Assembly: GCA_018398765.1 (NCBI GenBank)
Contig: JAHBMJ010000484.1
Location: forward strand, 1 to 46,554
Source of the DNA: Chromera velia
Lineage: Eukaryota
Direction of reading: 5' to 3'
Length of the DNA stretch: 46,554 nt
Shown: piece by piece, positions 1 through 17,209 of the stretch
How positions within the stretch are numbered: position 1 is the first letter of the stretch
Layout of the letters: each line of letters starts with the position of its first letter
Position numbers and translations under genes: made by a program
Notes under the pieces: model-generated
What the model saw: the letters and a program-made list of their open reading frames with translations, nothing else
Databases searched by the model: none
What the model was told of the DNA's origin: nothing

Positions 1-286
1 TAAGGAGTTAGAAGCTGAAAATTTGTGTAAGAAGACGTTGTAACGACAGAAAAAGAACTATGGAACAGATTTTTTATATCATTTCTAGAAACATAGGCTG
101 TCATACAAATTTTTTGATTTTGAGGCCATTTTTTAACGGTTTTGAATAGTAAGAAAAACGGTATAAAACTTACAAAATTTGTATGGCAGCCTATATTTCT
201 AGAAATGATATAAAAAATCTGTTCCATAGTTCTTTTTCTGTCGTTACAACGTCTTCTTACACAAATTTTCAGCTTCTAACTCCTTA
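1..286. repeat. Long inverted repeat (foldback), arms 1-113 and 174-286, 60-bp spacer
   Basis: The reverse complement of 174-286 matches 1-113 with 2 mismatches (positions 92 and 101, both C/T). The left arm runs to the window edge, so the repeat may be longer. Confidence 0.95.
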
Positions 287-530
287 CCAATTATGAGAAC
301 GAGTTTTTTGCGGAAAAGCGCCGGTCTCGTATGCAGAGGGGGGGGCAAAAAGCATCCCACTCGCCCCCGGCATGCGGCCGACCTTTTCTTATGGTTCAGG
401 ATAAGCCCCTTTTGAGCCGCTGGGGGATATTTATCATGTTTTTGCGTGTGTTTTCTCCTTTGGGGGAGGGTTGCCGAGCTTATCTCTTGCCGAACGTTGG
501 AAGCCTGAGGCTCGAAGGCTAGGCCACTAG
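1..530 (+). mobile_element. Possible 3' part of a non-autonomous Helitron-like or foldback element
   Basis: Internal palindrome (1-286), an imperfect GC-rich hairpin at 503-524 (gcctgaggctcgaaggctaggc), then CTAG at 527-530 followed by T. This resembles a Helitron 3' terminus. The 5' end would lie outside the window. Confidence 0.35.
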
Positions 531-688
531 TCTAGGCAGACAACGATGGCGTATGATGATGATGATAATAGATTATCTAGATTTGTCTAGTATTATATAT
601 AGTAATATAAATTAATACATGGTTTAAATATAAAAAAAAACATGCACCTATAGTAATCGATGGAAATTAAACATAATATCGCCCTATA

Positions 689-2394
689 CCCTAATGAATT
701 GGGAGTTGAATTGGGCGTCAAATTGGTAGTACTACCAATTTTTTACCGCCAGTAACTCCCAATTTTGAAAAATTGGTACCTAGTCTAGTGAAAGAAGTAC
801 ATGGAGTTTGAAGCTAAAATTTTATGTACGGGCTAGACAGGGGCTCACTAGTCTCTAGCCGCAGTCATTAGACTCTAATTCATTACTAGGAACAAATTCT
901 ATGAACACTTAGAGTCACCTAAAAATTGGGAGTTACCAATTTTTAAATAGAAATTTTTTAGGACCGCTAAAAAAAAAATTGGTAGTACAAAAAAAAAAAA
1001 ATGGGACTCAACTTGAAACTTTTGTTTTGTGTGTTATAGTGCACCGCTAACGTAATGCAAAACGAACAGTGGACAGTTCTACACAAGCTGCACGTACCAA
1101 TATAAAAAACAGAGCGAAAATCGATCCAATTGACCATATAAGCCTACCAGAATTCATAATCCCTCCATATGCCGGACAGTGACTGCTGATCTTTGTTCAG
1201 ACAGCGGGATTTTACAGGAATTTCCCCTTTGTTGTCTCTGCTTTTCTTTTCCATCCTGCGGTCCGTTCAATATGATATTTTATATATCGCAGACGAGGGT
1301 GAAGCGAAAAAAGAGCTGGGACTTTTTCTTGTTTGGGCAGTGAATGAGAAGAAGCTCTTTCAGATGGAGGAATTGAATTCGTTTCTGTTTGATTCAGATG
1401 TGTGGCGAAAAACAGGGCTGCCCTTTACTCAGTGGGTCCGAGGGATTCCAAAAAACAATAGAAAGATTAAATTGGGGGCTGCAGATGTCAGATACGTTTT
1501 CCCTCGCGTAGTTGAGTTCATGGAAAAAAGGTGCCCGGACATTTTTGTTGCAAAGAACCCTCCTGCTTATTCTTTTTACTTGCATTCATGGATCCTTTCC
1601 ATATAACGGTTGACAGGTTCAATCACGGATGAGAAACTTACAGAGCTGAAGACGGTGATAAAGACTTGGCAAGACCTTTTTTGTAAGTCTTATGGATGGG
1701 TGGTCCCGAAGACTCACTTCTACTCGCACTTCCCGGTGTGGATCCGCCGGTTTGGAGGGTTGAACACAGTGAAATGCTACGGCTTTGAATCGTATCATAA
1801 GAAAGTTTACAAACGTTTTGTCCTACAGGGGGGACGTTATTCATATGATCGTTTTATTCTAGAAAATCTGGTTTTTGTGTGGTTGTGCAAGAGAAAGAAA
1901 GCCATGCAAGCATATTTTGCCGATGTGTCACGCCAGGAGGGACTTCAAGCATGAATAACACTATGAAACTATACAAAACTTATGGATTTATGAAGTTCTG
2001 TGCAGCCGCAACACTGTTCTATTACAACGTTCTTTCTTTCCACATATATTTTACTTTGTAGGAGAAGTTATAAAATTGGTAGTCCAAAAAAAAAAATTGG
2101 GTGTTGATTTTCTTAAAAATTAATAGTTAGTCCTAAAAAAAAATTGGTAACTCCCAATTTTTAGGTGACTCTAAGTGTTCATAGAATTTGTTCCTAGTAA
2201 TGAATTAGAGTTTAATGACTACGGCTAGAGACTAGTGAGCCCTTGTCTAGCCCATACACAAAATTTTAGCTTCAAACTCCATGTACTTCTTTCACTAGAC
2301 TAGGTACCAATTTTTCAAAATTGGGAGTTACTGGCGGTAAAAAATTAGTAGTACTACCAATTTGACACCTAATTCAACTCCCAATTCATTAGGG
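689..2394 (+). mobile_element. CMC (CACTA/EnSpm-like) DNA transposon, internally deleted and non-autonomous
   Basis: 256-bp TIRs at 689-944 and 2139-2394 (8 mismatches, no indels). Termini are CCCTA...TAGGG, with TA on both flanks (687-688, 2395-2396). AATTGG(G/T)AGT subterminal motifs recur, and a transposase fragment lies inside. Confidence 0.85.
1193..1954 (+). pseudogene. Transposase C-terminal fragment (CMC/EnSpm type) with an in-frame stop
   Basis: ORFs 1193-1606 and 1610-1954 are in the same frame, separated by TAA at 1604-1606. PKTHFYSHFPVWIRRFGGLNTVKCYGFESYHK fits the K-x-H-x3-H...FG...FE motif carrying the last catalytic Glu of CACTA/CMC transposases. The N-terminal DD region is absent. 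Confidence 0.75.
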
Positions 2395-3533
2395 TATTGC
2401 TCATCAACTGTGTTGATCATCCTAATAAAGCTTGAAATATATATAAAACTTTTTTTGTTTTTGAATGGGAAAACGTTCACGATCACGAAAAGGATGAAGG
2501 ACGACAAAAGCATGTCGAAGCAGGTCGAGGAATGAGCGGGGTCAGAGATAGCACATAAGTACCCTTTGCATGCCTATCTCCCATTTGGTTCACACCGAGA
2601 CTCAATATTTAATCAGACCAGCAAACACACTGCGGAGATCGATTGATATCCTGAAGCATGCTCAAAGTACAAGAATTTTTGGAGGTGCAGCTCGATCGGT
2701 ATATCGGTTTATCTTCACACAGTTCCTTCGTTTGTTTTCGTCAACTCCTTTTCATTTATGTAGACAGTCACTTCAACAAGTTCCTTCAGTTTACTTCAAA
2801 ATAAAAAGAGGGTCTCCCAATAGATTTTTACTGATACGAGCGGATGCAAGAGGTTCAGATACCAACCCACTCGTATTTAATAAGACAAACAAATAAAATT
2901 CAGTAAGTCAGACGAAGAGTATGGAAGCACTGACACGCCACACGTGTAGACAGGTAGAAATGCCATGAATTTCTACCTTTTCCACAATTTGGACCATAAA
3001 CAGTTGGAACATGAACATTCATTTTCAATAGATGCACAAGCTTCAAAAAGTAACTGTTCAAAGCTTTCCATCGCGGGCTTACGGAGACCTCCGTCTACGT
3101 TCGAACGGTTTGGTCTCGTATTGCGTGCAAAAAGGTTTCGGCCCGCCAGAACGAGTTGGATTTAGTGACACTTTCATGTATGCATACATAACTCATTGTG
3201 TCTGCATGCATGTTTGACGGTGCATACACGTAAACACACAAAAAAAGGGGGAGAGAGAAGACTTAGACAAACTAAGTCACAAACTTTTTTTCTTTTTTAA
3301 AGTTTTTTAAAAAAACTTTTCATAGAGGGTATCCCCTAGATCTGTTCTAGCTATAAAATTAATTAATATAATATCATGAATTGATGATTTGAAGAGTTAT
3401 GATACTAGACATGCACGTACTATTCTTACACATAGCTACACATAGCTGGTTACACACTGCTGGCATTTTACTAGATATTTAATAAAATCATTATTAGAGT
3501 TTCATTCAAAAAATTGTGTTTGCGTTTATGTTT

Positions 3534-5102
3534 TTAAGGGTTTACACCCTGCAGGGAGTTCAGGTTGTAACGCCAGTCACAAAGCGTAGACACTCGCGAA
3601 CGAGAGCAGGAGCATCGGTTCCCAAAAAAATCGAGATCAAACTTTTTTTTTCCGGGAGCAAGCTCAGACGAGACCAGTCCAAGTCTCTTCAAATCCAAGC
3701 TGGGGAACATGTAGAAAAAGTCAGAATCTTGTAAGACAGAGTCCAGTAGCCATGGAGTCTTTGGGTCCTCCTGGTGCCACTTGACAAGCTGGGAACTGTT
3801 ACGCGGGGGACCAACAAGGAGGACATCAAAATCGTTTGCGCTGTACGGCTCACGCACGCCTCCCGCCGTCTTTCTGTAGGTGTTCACGCGAGCCACTGGA
3901 CCAGACACAAGGTTTCTGTTCCAGTAGGACGTCTTGATTTGGAATCGAATCCCACGTGATTTGTCCCACGAAGCTGCTCGGCCAATACGGTCATATGGGA
4001 GAGTTGCGCATGGGGCTTTACACATTTTCAATCCCCACGCGTCCAAAACCGGCTGGAACCAGCGGATGGTTTCTTCTTCTGTTTGATTTGATGATGCGAG
4101 CTCCTGTTTCAGTTCTTTGAGAGATCGGAGGCACACTCCATCAGCAGATTTTCCTCCAGCTGAAGCAGCTTCTCTGTAAATGGAAAGGAGCCTGTCTCCT
4201 AGGAAACTTCCCCACTTGTCATTCTCACTGAAACTACAGCGATGGTTCTGTTGATCATAGCGACCCTCTGCAGTAAGCGTCAGTGAAGATTTTAGGTGGC
4301 TGATGAATTCTCCAGGGTAGACCCAAATTCTTGGAGGTCTCATTGAGAACTCAAGAGGGGAGTGGATTGGCACTGACAAGTTGTTAAGCCCACTCTCTTG
4401 ATGGAAAACACACAAAACCAGCATGTTGGCGTACCCGCCGACATGATGAAAGTCCCAGGATTTGTGGTTACCGCGAGTGCTTATTCGAGTTGTACTTTTT
4501 ACTTGCACAGGAAGCCACAAATCCTCTTTTGTATTGATCGGTCGCAAGGCCATGTCAGCCTTCGCGGAGTCAGGCAATTCCCCCTCTTCGAAACCACAGA
4601 ATCGCTGTGACTGTTTCACAGCCATTCGAATGAGCCGTTTCGCAGCATGCTCTACTTCCATCCTCTGGCCAGCGCTCCAGACAGCTTTGCTCTTAGGGTG
4701 GTATCTTTGCAGGCCAAGCCTTGCTTCGGTGCCTAGACATGGGAAAACCGAGCGGTGCACATAGGAGGTTTTCGTGGTCAGCGGAAGAGGCTGGGGAGGC
4801 AAAAAGACAGTGTGATCGGCCTTCTGCCCAGTTTGCTGAGAAGTGAAGCTCCCACTGATTCCCTGTCGCTCCTCAACAACCCTCTCCCCTTCCGGAGTAC
4901 AAGTTTTGAACGGAATTGTGGAACGCGGCGCAAGCTTTTCAGCCACGCTGCACAAAAGCCGATGGGGCCGTACTGTAGATTTCCCTTTTGTGAGTGACTT
5001 GCTATAAAAATGCGGTGTTTTCAGCAGAAAGTCGTTGGAACTTCCCCCCAGAGCCCCATGGCGGCGTGAAAGCCTGACTTTCAAGCTGACTCTTGACAAC
5101 AT
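3534..5102 (-). CDS. Intronless 522-aa protein with two tandem PD-(D/E)XK-like (D...QxK) endonuclease domains and a possible mitochondrial leader
   Basis: Long ATG-initiated ORF. Motif 1: VEH...KADMALRP...WLPVQVKSTT. Motif 2: TEEE...LPYDRIG...IRFQIKTS...YSANDFDVLLV...FYMFP. The N-terminus MLSRVSLKVRLSRRHG is Arg/Ser-rich with no acidic residues. Confidence 0.75.
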   Translation of the reverse strand: MLSRVSLKVRLSRRHGALGGSSNDFLLKTPHFYSKSLTKGKSTVRPHRLLCSVAEKLAPRSTIPFKTCTPEGERVVEERQGISGSFTSQQTGQKADHTVFLPPQPLPLTTKTSYVHRSVFPCLGTEARLGLQRYHPKSKAVWSAGQRMEVEHAAKRLIRMAVKQSQRFCGFEEGELPDSAKADMALRPINTKEDLWLPVQVKSTTRISTRGNHKSWDFHHVGGYANMLVLCVFHQESGLNNLSVPIHSPLEFSMRPPRIWVYPGEFISHLKSSLTLTAEGRYDQQNHRCSFSENDKWGSFLGDRLLSIYREAASAGGKSADGVCLRSLKELKQELASSNQTEEETIRWFQPVLDAWGLKMCKAPCATLPYDRIGRAASWDKSRGIRFQIKTSYWNRNLVSGPVARVNTYRKTAGGVREPYSANDFDVLLVGPPRNSSQLVKWHQEDPKTPWLLDSVLQDSDFFYMFPSLDLKRLGLVSSELAPGKKKFDLDFFGNRCSCSRSRVSTLCDWRYNLNSLQGVNP

Positions 5103-5778
5103 GGTAATTCAAGTCTTGTCCAATCCGACAAAACCAGCCACACTTCTTGATCTGCCCTCTTTCATGCAGAGAGGTCAAGAATCAGTTGGGGGCCCTCCTG
5201 TGTGGGAAACACCCTGCGTGCTGCGTACGTTGCATGTAGTTCAATGCATGTTGCGCAACACAGTAGACGGGACAACATGCAGATCAAGGGGAACCAGAAA
5301 ATCCGTGTTTCGGGAAGTGTCAGACGCTTTTCCGGACTTTTTGCATCATGATATATATATGCCTCATGGTACGAGATTCTTGTCTGACACTGAGAGAAAG
5401 AGTGAAATAACTTTGACACGTATATATCTGCAAACCTAGCGCTTGCGTTGCGTGCATACATTGGATGCATGCATGTTGCAAATTAATTAATTAAGGTGTT
5501 GCAAAGTTGCTTGCATGCATGCATGTATGGCCCCGGCAAGTTTCAAAAGTTTGGTCCACGAAAGAGCACTGCATATGCAGGATACTGCAAACCCGTTGAA
5601 GCTGTCTCCTCGCTTTCGTGGACTAAATCGATAGATCGATATAGATCGTGGATTGTGAGACCACATTTCCACATTTCCGTGCATCGTTTCGCGTCCCGAG
5701 CAGAGAGTCAATTCTCTTTTTTAACTGTTTAGAGGGTGCTTGCACAGCGTTGACTTTGCATGACTCACTGAAGAAGCA

Positions 5779-11305
<5,527 letters not shown>

Positions 11306-12589
11306 AGTGAAGGCATGGAGGAGGGCATTTGGTCTCAAAGTGTAGTGATTTGTTTCTGTTCTCATTGTTTGGAGTGGCTGGGTGGGTGGTTGAACCTATC
11401 CGTCCGTCTCTCTGTTTGCAGATCTTCAGATGAACACAATAAGAATCGTGAGAGCCGTTCTGGGTCTGATTTTCTCCCCTTCTTCTTGATACCGCATTTG
11501 ACCCTGCCAGTTTTGCATGTCAGTTCGTCTTTCTCTTCTCTCTTCAGGCAGGCGTCGGCAGGAGAGGAGGGGTTGGTGGAAGAAGGGAAAATGGAAGGAG
11601 GCAGTGAAATGTGGGTGTTGGCAAGGAAAGACTGTCAGATGGGAGGAAATTCAAGGTCGATCGTCTTTCTGTACACAGTGAATTCAGCAGGTGGAGGAAG
11701 CTTGCGTATGTAGACAGTGGGGCACACTTCTTCAGTCTCTGTAGCATGAGGCGTGGAGTGAGTGCGTAAAGTACTTTAACTCTACGGATTTGCGGAAGGG
11801 CAAGGCGCAAAAAGCCAAGAGGAGTGGCGACTTCCTTGCCGGAAGCGTAACGGCCTTTTGGCTTTTTCTCTTCCTCTTTCTCTTTACTTCCCATTCACTT
11901 ATTTATCATCAGATCTATCCAATGAATAAGTCTGTCTGTCTCAATGTTATCCTCTCTTCTCTCTGGATGCATGTATGTACATATGTATGCTTGTCGGGCT
12001 CTTTACAGGCCTGTCAGAGAGGCCTGCATGATGCAGGCAATCAATCGCACTCACTCACTCTCTCATCCGAACTGAGTAAAGGATCCGTCTGGCCTCAGTC
12101 ATTTGAATTTCGTTCGATTCAATTTTGTCACCTGCTCTGTGTCTCTCTCTGTCTTTTTGTCTGGTCTTCCTGCCTGTGCCTGCCCGCCTGCTGAACTCCT
12201 TTGTCTGAGGAGGAGTGGGTCTTCAAAAACTGCCTGTTTGTTTGTAAGCGTTTGTGATGTTCTTTTTGTATTTACTTCTTTGTTGTGCCTTTTGCACTTT
12301 TCCGTCTTTAGTTGAGGCTCCGGGGCCCCCCATGCGCTTTGTTGCTTTGATTCCACCTTGTTCGATTGAGTACTTCTCCCTTCAAGGAAGCAGGAGCAAA
12401 GGGGAAAGGCGGGAGAAGCGGCTCGATCGATCCACCCTGCAGGGGACTTGGGTGCCTCCATGCAGTCGCAGGGGCGGGCAGGTAGACAAGCAGGTGATGT
12501 CTGCATGCCCCTTTTTTCGGAAGAGGTAGTAGGAAGCTGACTGACTCTTTGTTTGAGATGAGGAGACCTCGTTCCTGTCTAGGTACCTG

Positions 12590-13330
12590 TCGTTAACAAT
12601 AAAAAGAATTGATTCACCGACTTTCTATGGTTTCAAACTAGGTTTCAAAACACTGGTGATCTATCTTAATAATGAACCCAATGCAATTTGCTGAAGTCCA
12701 TGGGACCATGACACCATGTGCAGACTCACATACATCGCACGCTAAGTCTCAGGCTTGAACGATAAATATATACATTTTTTTTTTTGTTATACATGCAACG
12801 CTATCTCTGAGGCTATCACTATAGGCTATCCATACAACGTTATCCCTAGGTTATCCCACATATATAAAGCTGTTGCTGGTTATATGCTAGGTTATATGTA
12901 TATTTAATATATATATTATACTATGTGACTATTAGATTGGTTTGATTTGATTTCAACTTACATAATGATGTGAGCTAGGATTTAAGTTAGGTAAAGCCGG
13001 TGAATTATTTAGTTAAGAACAGTTAATCCTAGAGTTAATCCCACGTGAAACTGTAATTTTACCCAGTCTTAGCCTCAGCCTTTCATAGCCTCATGATTTA
13101 GCTCATCATCCAGATTATGACCAGATATATATAGACTAACGTTACGTTAGTAACGTAAAGATTAATTTAGCAAACTACTAAACTTGAAAACACAAAGATA
13201 AACAGAGAAATAACATTTTAAAAAGACATGCATAACAGAGGCATATATTAAGTGCATTTCCTAGTGTATTTTATATTTTGAACATATATTTTAAAGAAGC
13301 CTGCAGCCGCTGAAACATGTGTTTTCAAGC
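12590..13330. other. AT-rich intergenic island between convergent gene 3' ends
   Basis: Abrupt drop in GC content, no ORFs in the track from 12530 to 13436, many TA/CTAG words and short tandem motifs. Boundaries are approximate. Confidence 0.7.
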
Positions 13331-13516
13331 TCTATCTATACATCCACCCCGCACAACCTGTATGCATGCAGGGACCGAATTAAAATCTTCTTGTCAGGCT
13401 CAGGGAGTTACTGACTCCGACAGGCTTTAAGCTAAGGTGTGCAACATGGATGATGTAGCACACGTTGATTCAGAAGAACTCGACAGAAAAACCCCTCTAC
13501 ACCCCAAGCTCTCCCT

Positions 13517-15008
13517 TCATCGTGATAGTCCTGTCAGTGTCGGGTTGGAGCCCTTCACGTTCCCTCCTGCCGATGGCTTCTGCATGGGTGATCCCCCCGC
13601 TTTCTTCGGAGGCAGTCGAGTGAAGGCCTTGGGACGCGGCGGCGACGGTGGAGGGGCCGGGACTGAGGCTTCGTTCCCGTCGGACCCTCCCGCACCTCCT
13701 CCATCGTTGAAGGGAAGAGAGTGAGGTCTGAGGGGACCACAGGGTCTCTGAGGCAAAGAAGGCCCGCTGCCCTCTTTCTTCAGTCTGAGAGAGTTTCTCT
13801 CCCGAGACCCTCTGGGAGGAGGTATGTGCGAGGAAGAGGAGGAGGCGGCGGCGCCGTCAGCAGCTGCCCAACCGATGTCATCAACAGTCAGCAGAGAGGA
13901 GGGCGAAGAAGGGAACAGGTCCTGAAAGAGGCAGCAGGGAGAAGAAAAGGAGAAGGGGAATAGAAGGCATGAAGGAAAACCGAAATGGTTGGAGCAAGCA
14001 AAGAGCAGTACGTGTCAGCCATAGAGAAGGTCAGTCTCGTTTCCGATCACTTCATATGCCCCATAATAAGAACAGTTTTCTTCCTTCATCCGAAAGTAGA
14101 CCGAAAGACAACGAAGTGATAGCATTAACACATCAGAGACAAAGCAAGCACACAGGGCAAAGCAAAAACAAAGACAGAGAGAGGTAGGAAGAAAGAGGGG
14201 CCGACCTGAAAGCCGTAGGACTTGACAGCATTTTCCCCACCACTCCCTCCCTTTCCCCTTCCTCTTTCCGCCCTCCCCGCCCCTTCTCTTGAATTCTGTC
14301 CCTGCTGCTGTTGACTTCCCCGTCTCCAGGTGTGAGAAAACACGCACGCCCCCTGCTGAGATGATGATGATGCCCCTCCTGTTCCTTTCCTTCCCCTCCC
14401 CTCAGTGCCGTCTCCCTCCTCCTCCTCTTCTGACTCCTGGATGGTCTCTGTCAGATGACTCCTCGCAGCCCCACGAGGAATGGAGAGGCCCAAGGGAGCC
14501 CCTAAGTGGGCTGCTCGTTTCATCGCGTCCTGTCTCTCCCTGCACGTGTGTGTGTGCGGCATGGTATGGTATTGCGTTGCATTGTATCCACCCAGCTAGT
14601 GTGAGGGAGGGAGCCATGCTACCTACCGGCTTGGGAGTCGAGTCGAGACGGAGGGAGGGAGGCAAGGCAAGGCAAGGTCAAGGAACCCCAAGGATGAAAA
14701 TGGAGAAGAGTTACAGAGGGAATTAAGGAAATGTTTTCTCTCCAGGCAGGTGGAGGGAGAGTGGGCGAGGCATTCATTCAAGACGAAAGGGAATAGTTGA
14801 AAGATAAGAAGATCACACGGAAGGCAGAGCGAGAGAATACAAAGGGATAAGGGGAGGAGCCAGAGACGAGGCCCCCCCTAAAGACACGGGGGAGAGGGAA
14901 TAGGGAATGGGGGAGAGGAGCCGCTTATACCTCTCGCAGTGCGATGCTGGAAAGGCACACACCCGACCCCCCATACACAAACAGACACACAGGAACACAT
15001 ACACACAG

Positions 15009-15044
<36 letters not shown>

Positions 15045-15132
15045 GTGCACACACACACACACGCACGCGAACATATGCACACACACGAAAACACACACAC
15101 GAACACCGACGCACCGACGAACACACGAACGA

Positions 15133-15167
<35 letters not shown>

Positions 15168-15175
15168 CACACACG

Positions 15176-15221
<46 letters not shown>

Positions 15222-15382
15222 CAAAGAAACAAAGATAGAAAGGTGGCTGACTGATTTCGGCGAAGATTTTGTAGAGTCCGTGCGAGGCGGACTGCCGGGG
15301 GTTCTTCTGCAAAAAAAGACGAGGACAGGGAGGAAGAAGGAAGCAGACAAACGGGATCGCCCACTGTGTCGAAAGGTTCTTT

Positions 15383-15428
<46 letters not shown>

Positions 15429-16681
15429 CTGCCTCTTGTTCGAGTCTACCTTTTTTTTTTTCCTGGAAAGCCGAGCCGCAGCTGTCTGTGTCTCCAAGCA
15501 TGCATCTGTCTGTCGATTGTTGAGTGCATATGGTTCCTTCGGCTGTTTTGTGCGCGTTTCTGTCTCTTTGTCTCTTAATTTATCTAATCTATGGATATTG
15601 AAGCTTGCCTTTGTGTATCAATTTTCTTTGCTTCCCTAAAGCGAGAAGGAACGAAACAATCAACGAAAGAAGAAGAAACGCCACTCTCAATGCCCCTTTC
15701 ACTTCGCGTGGCTCTCCGTTTCTCCATTCAGCTGTTGATGTCTGCTAGCACTGATGCTTCCATCGCAAGACTCCATGATCTATGTAGAATTTTCGGTCTC
15801 TGATACCCTTCCATGGCGAACTGAAGAAAAAGATTTGAAGGAAAGCAGAGGAAAAAAGAGGCATTGATACATACAGACAACGAGCAGACACGAGAGACAA
15901 TATGAGATCCTGCAGAGACTCACCCAGACAGTCTCCTCCCTGCTCTGCGGCTTTACTCGAGAAACTTGCATGTTGTCTTCTCTCTGCTCTCCTGTCTCCC
16001 TGGGAAACACCTGCATACGCAGACATTTTGTGGAAACGCAAGAATTTGGGTGGCTTGAAGTCGCAAAATCACAACAAGACTTGATGCGCTACTGTTGAAA
16101 GCAACGCGCTTCATTCGGGCTAGCTGACTTTGCATAAGGGCCTTCCATTCTTCTCCGGCCACAAGTGAAGGTATCGTGGAGGGGAAGTGCGGGCTTCTTC
16201 CGCTTCCTGTTGCTTGGCTGCTACTGTGGGAGTTCTCTTTGAGGAGCCTCTCGACGGCCTTGCCTATCTGGAGACTCTCAAAGTTTTCCAGAAAAACATC
16301 CTCTTCGTCCGATCTCCCCGAGTCCGTGGTTGACGTGCGAATTTGGTGTGGGTCCGCGCGTCGTATAGACGGTCCTGGGGTGATCTGTCTGAGCATCATT
16401 GCTTTACGTGAGGGATCGAATGAGTCCCTCTTGTGCACCTGGCCTGCCAGGGACACTCCCTTCCCTTCCTCTCTGCCTCTTTCTCTAAGGATCACACGCT
16501 CACTTCTTGCAGCACTGCACGAAGAAGGGTTCCCTAAGTGCCTCAGTCCGAGGTGTGCAAACGCGGTGTCGTGCTCTGCCTCGTCTGCAATGTCGGTGTC
16601 GTTCCAGCCCTCTGAGAGATTATCAGCAGCTTCCACGGCCCCCTGGCCATCCACATGAGAAGATGCAGAGCGTTTTTGCAT
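13517..16681 (-). CDS. Hypothetical low-complexity protein (about 490 aa, 5 exons)
   Basis: Frame-consistent GT-AG model: 16681-16081, 16010-15924, 15306-15252, 14539-14206, 13921-13517. Rich in S/G/E/P, with no recognisable domain. The first donor (GTCTTG) is weak. Confidence 0.55.
14972..15217. repeat. Long imperfect (CA)n microsatellite in an intron
   Basis: Directly visible. It accounts for the spurious HTHT/CVCV ORFs here. Confidence 0.95.
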
Positions 16682-17209
16682 TGTAGTGACGCCTTTCAGG
16701 GTGTCAGATCAGAAATGGCACAACTCAACCCACCAGTCTCTTGGTGCGTGTGTATATCAAAAGATGCATGCACTTTCCGTCTGGCGATCTGAGCTTGGGA
16801 TCTTGTTTGGTTTCGCTAGGTCCGGAGAAGACCAGAATGTATGTGTTCATGCAACCCTGAATCGCCATGAAAGACGTACGTCTGAATTTGCGATCGACCC
16901 ATGCATGCACGCACTGTCATGTATGCATGCATGCACGCGCGCATATATACATGGAAATATATAGCTAAATGTATACATTTACGTATATACGTATATACGC
17001 ACGTATATCGATCGAAATATATAAACTACTGTTGTTTGTGCAACACCCCGCGAAGCGACGGGGAGCGGGCCGCCGCCGCGCCCCCACCGCCGGGCCAGCA
17101 GAGATTTCGCCGAAGTTCGGTTTCACGCCTAATATATAGCTCAACCAGGCTTAGGGCTTCGTTGTGGGAAGCACATTGGAACGGTGTACACAGGCAGTAC
17201 ATAACAGCT

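Noticed and set aside
1604..1606. Stop-codon readthrough or alternative genetic code joining the two transposase ORFs
   Set aside because: Host genes in the window end at TAA, TAG and TGA normally. A nonsense mutation in a deleted element is the simpler explanation.
14813..15639. Multiple ORFs of HTHT/CVCV/ERER repeats
   Set aside because: They are translations of intronic microsatellites. Only the 55-bp exon 15306-15252 fits a gene model.
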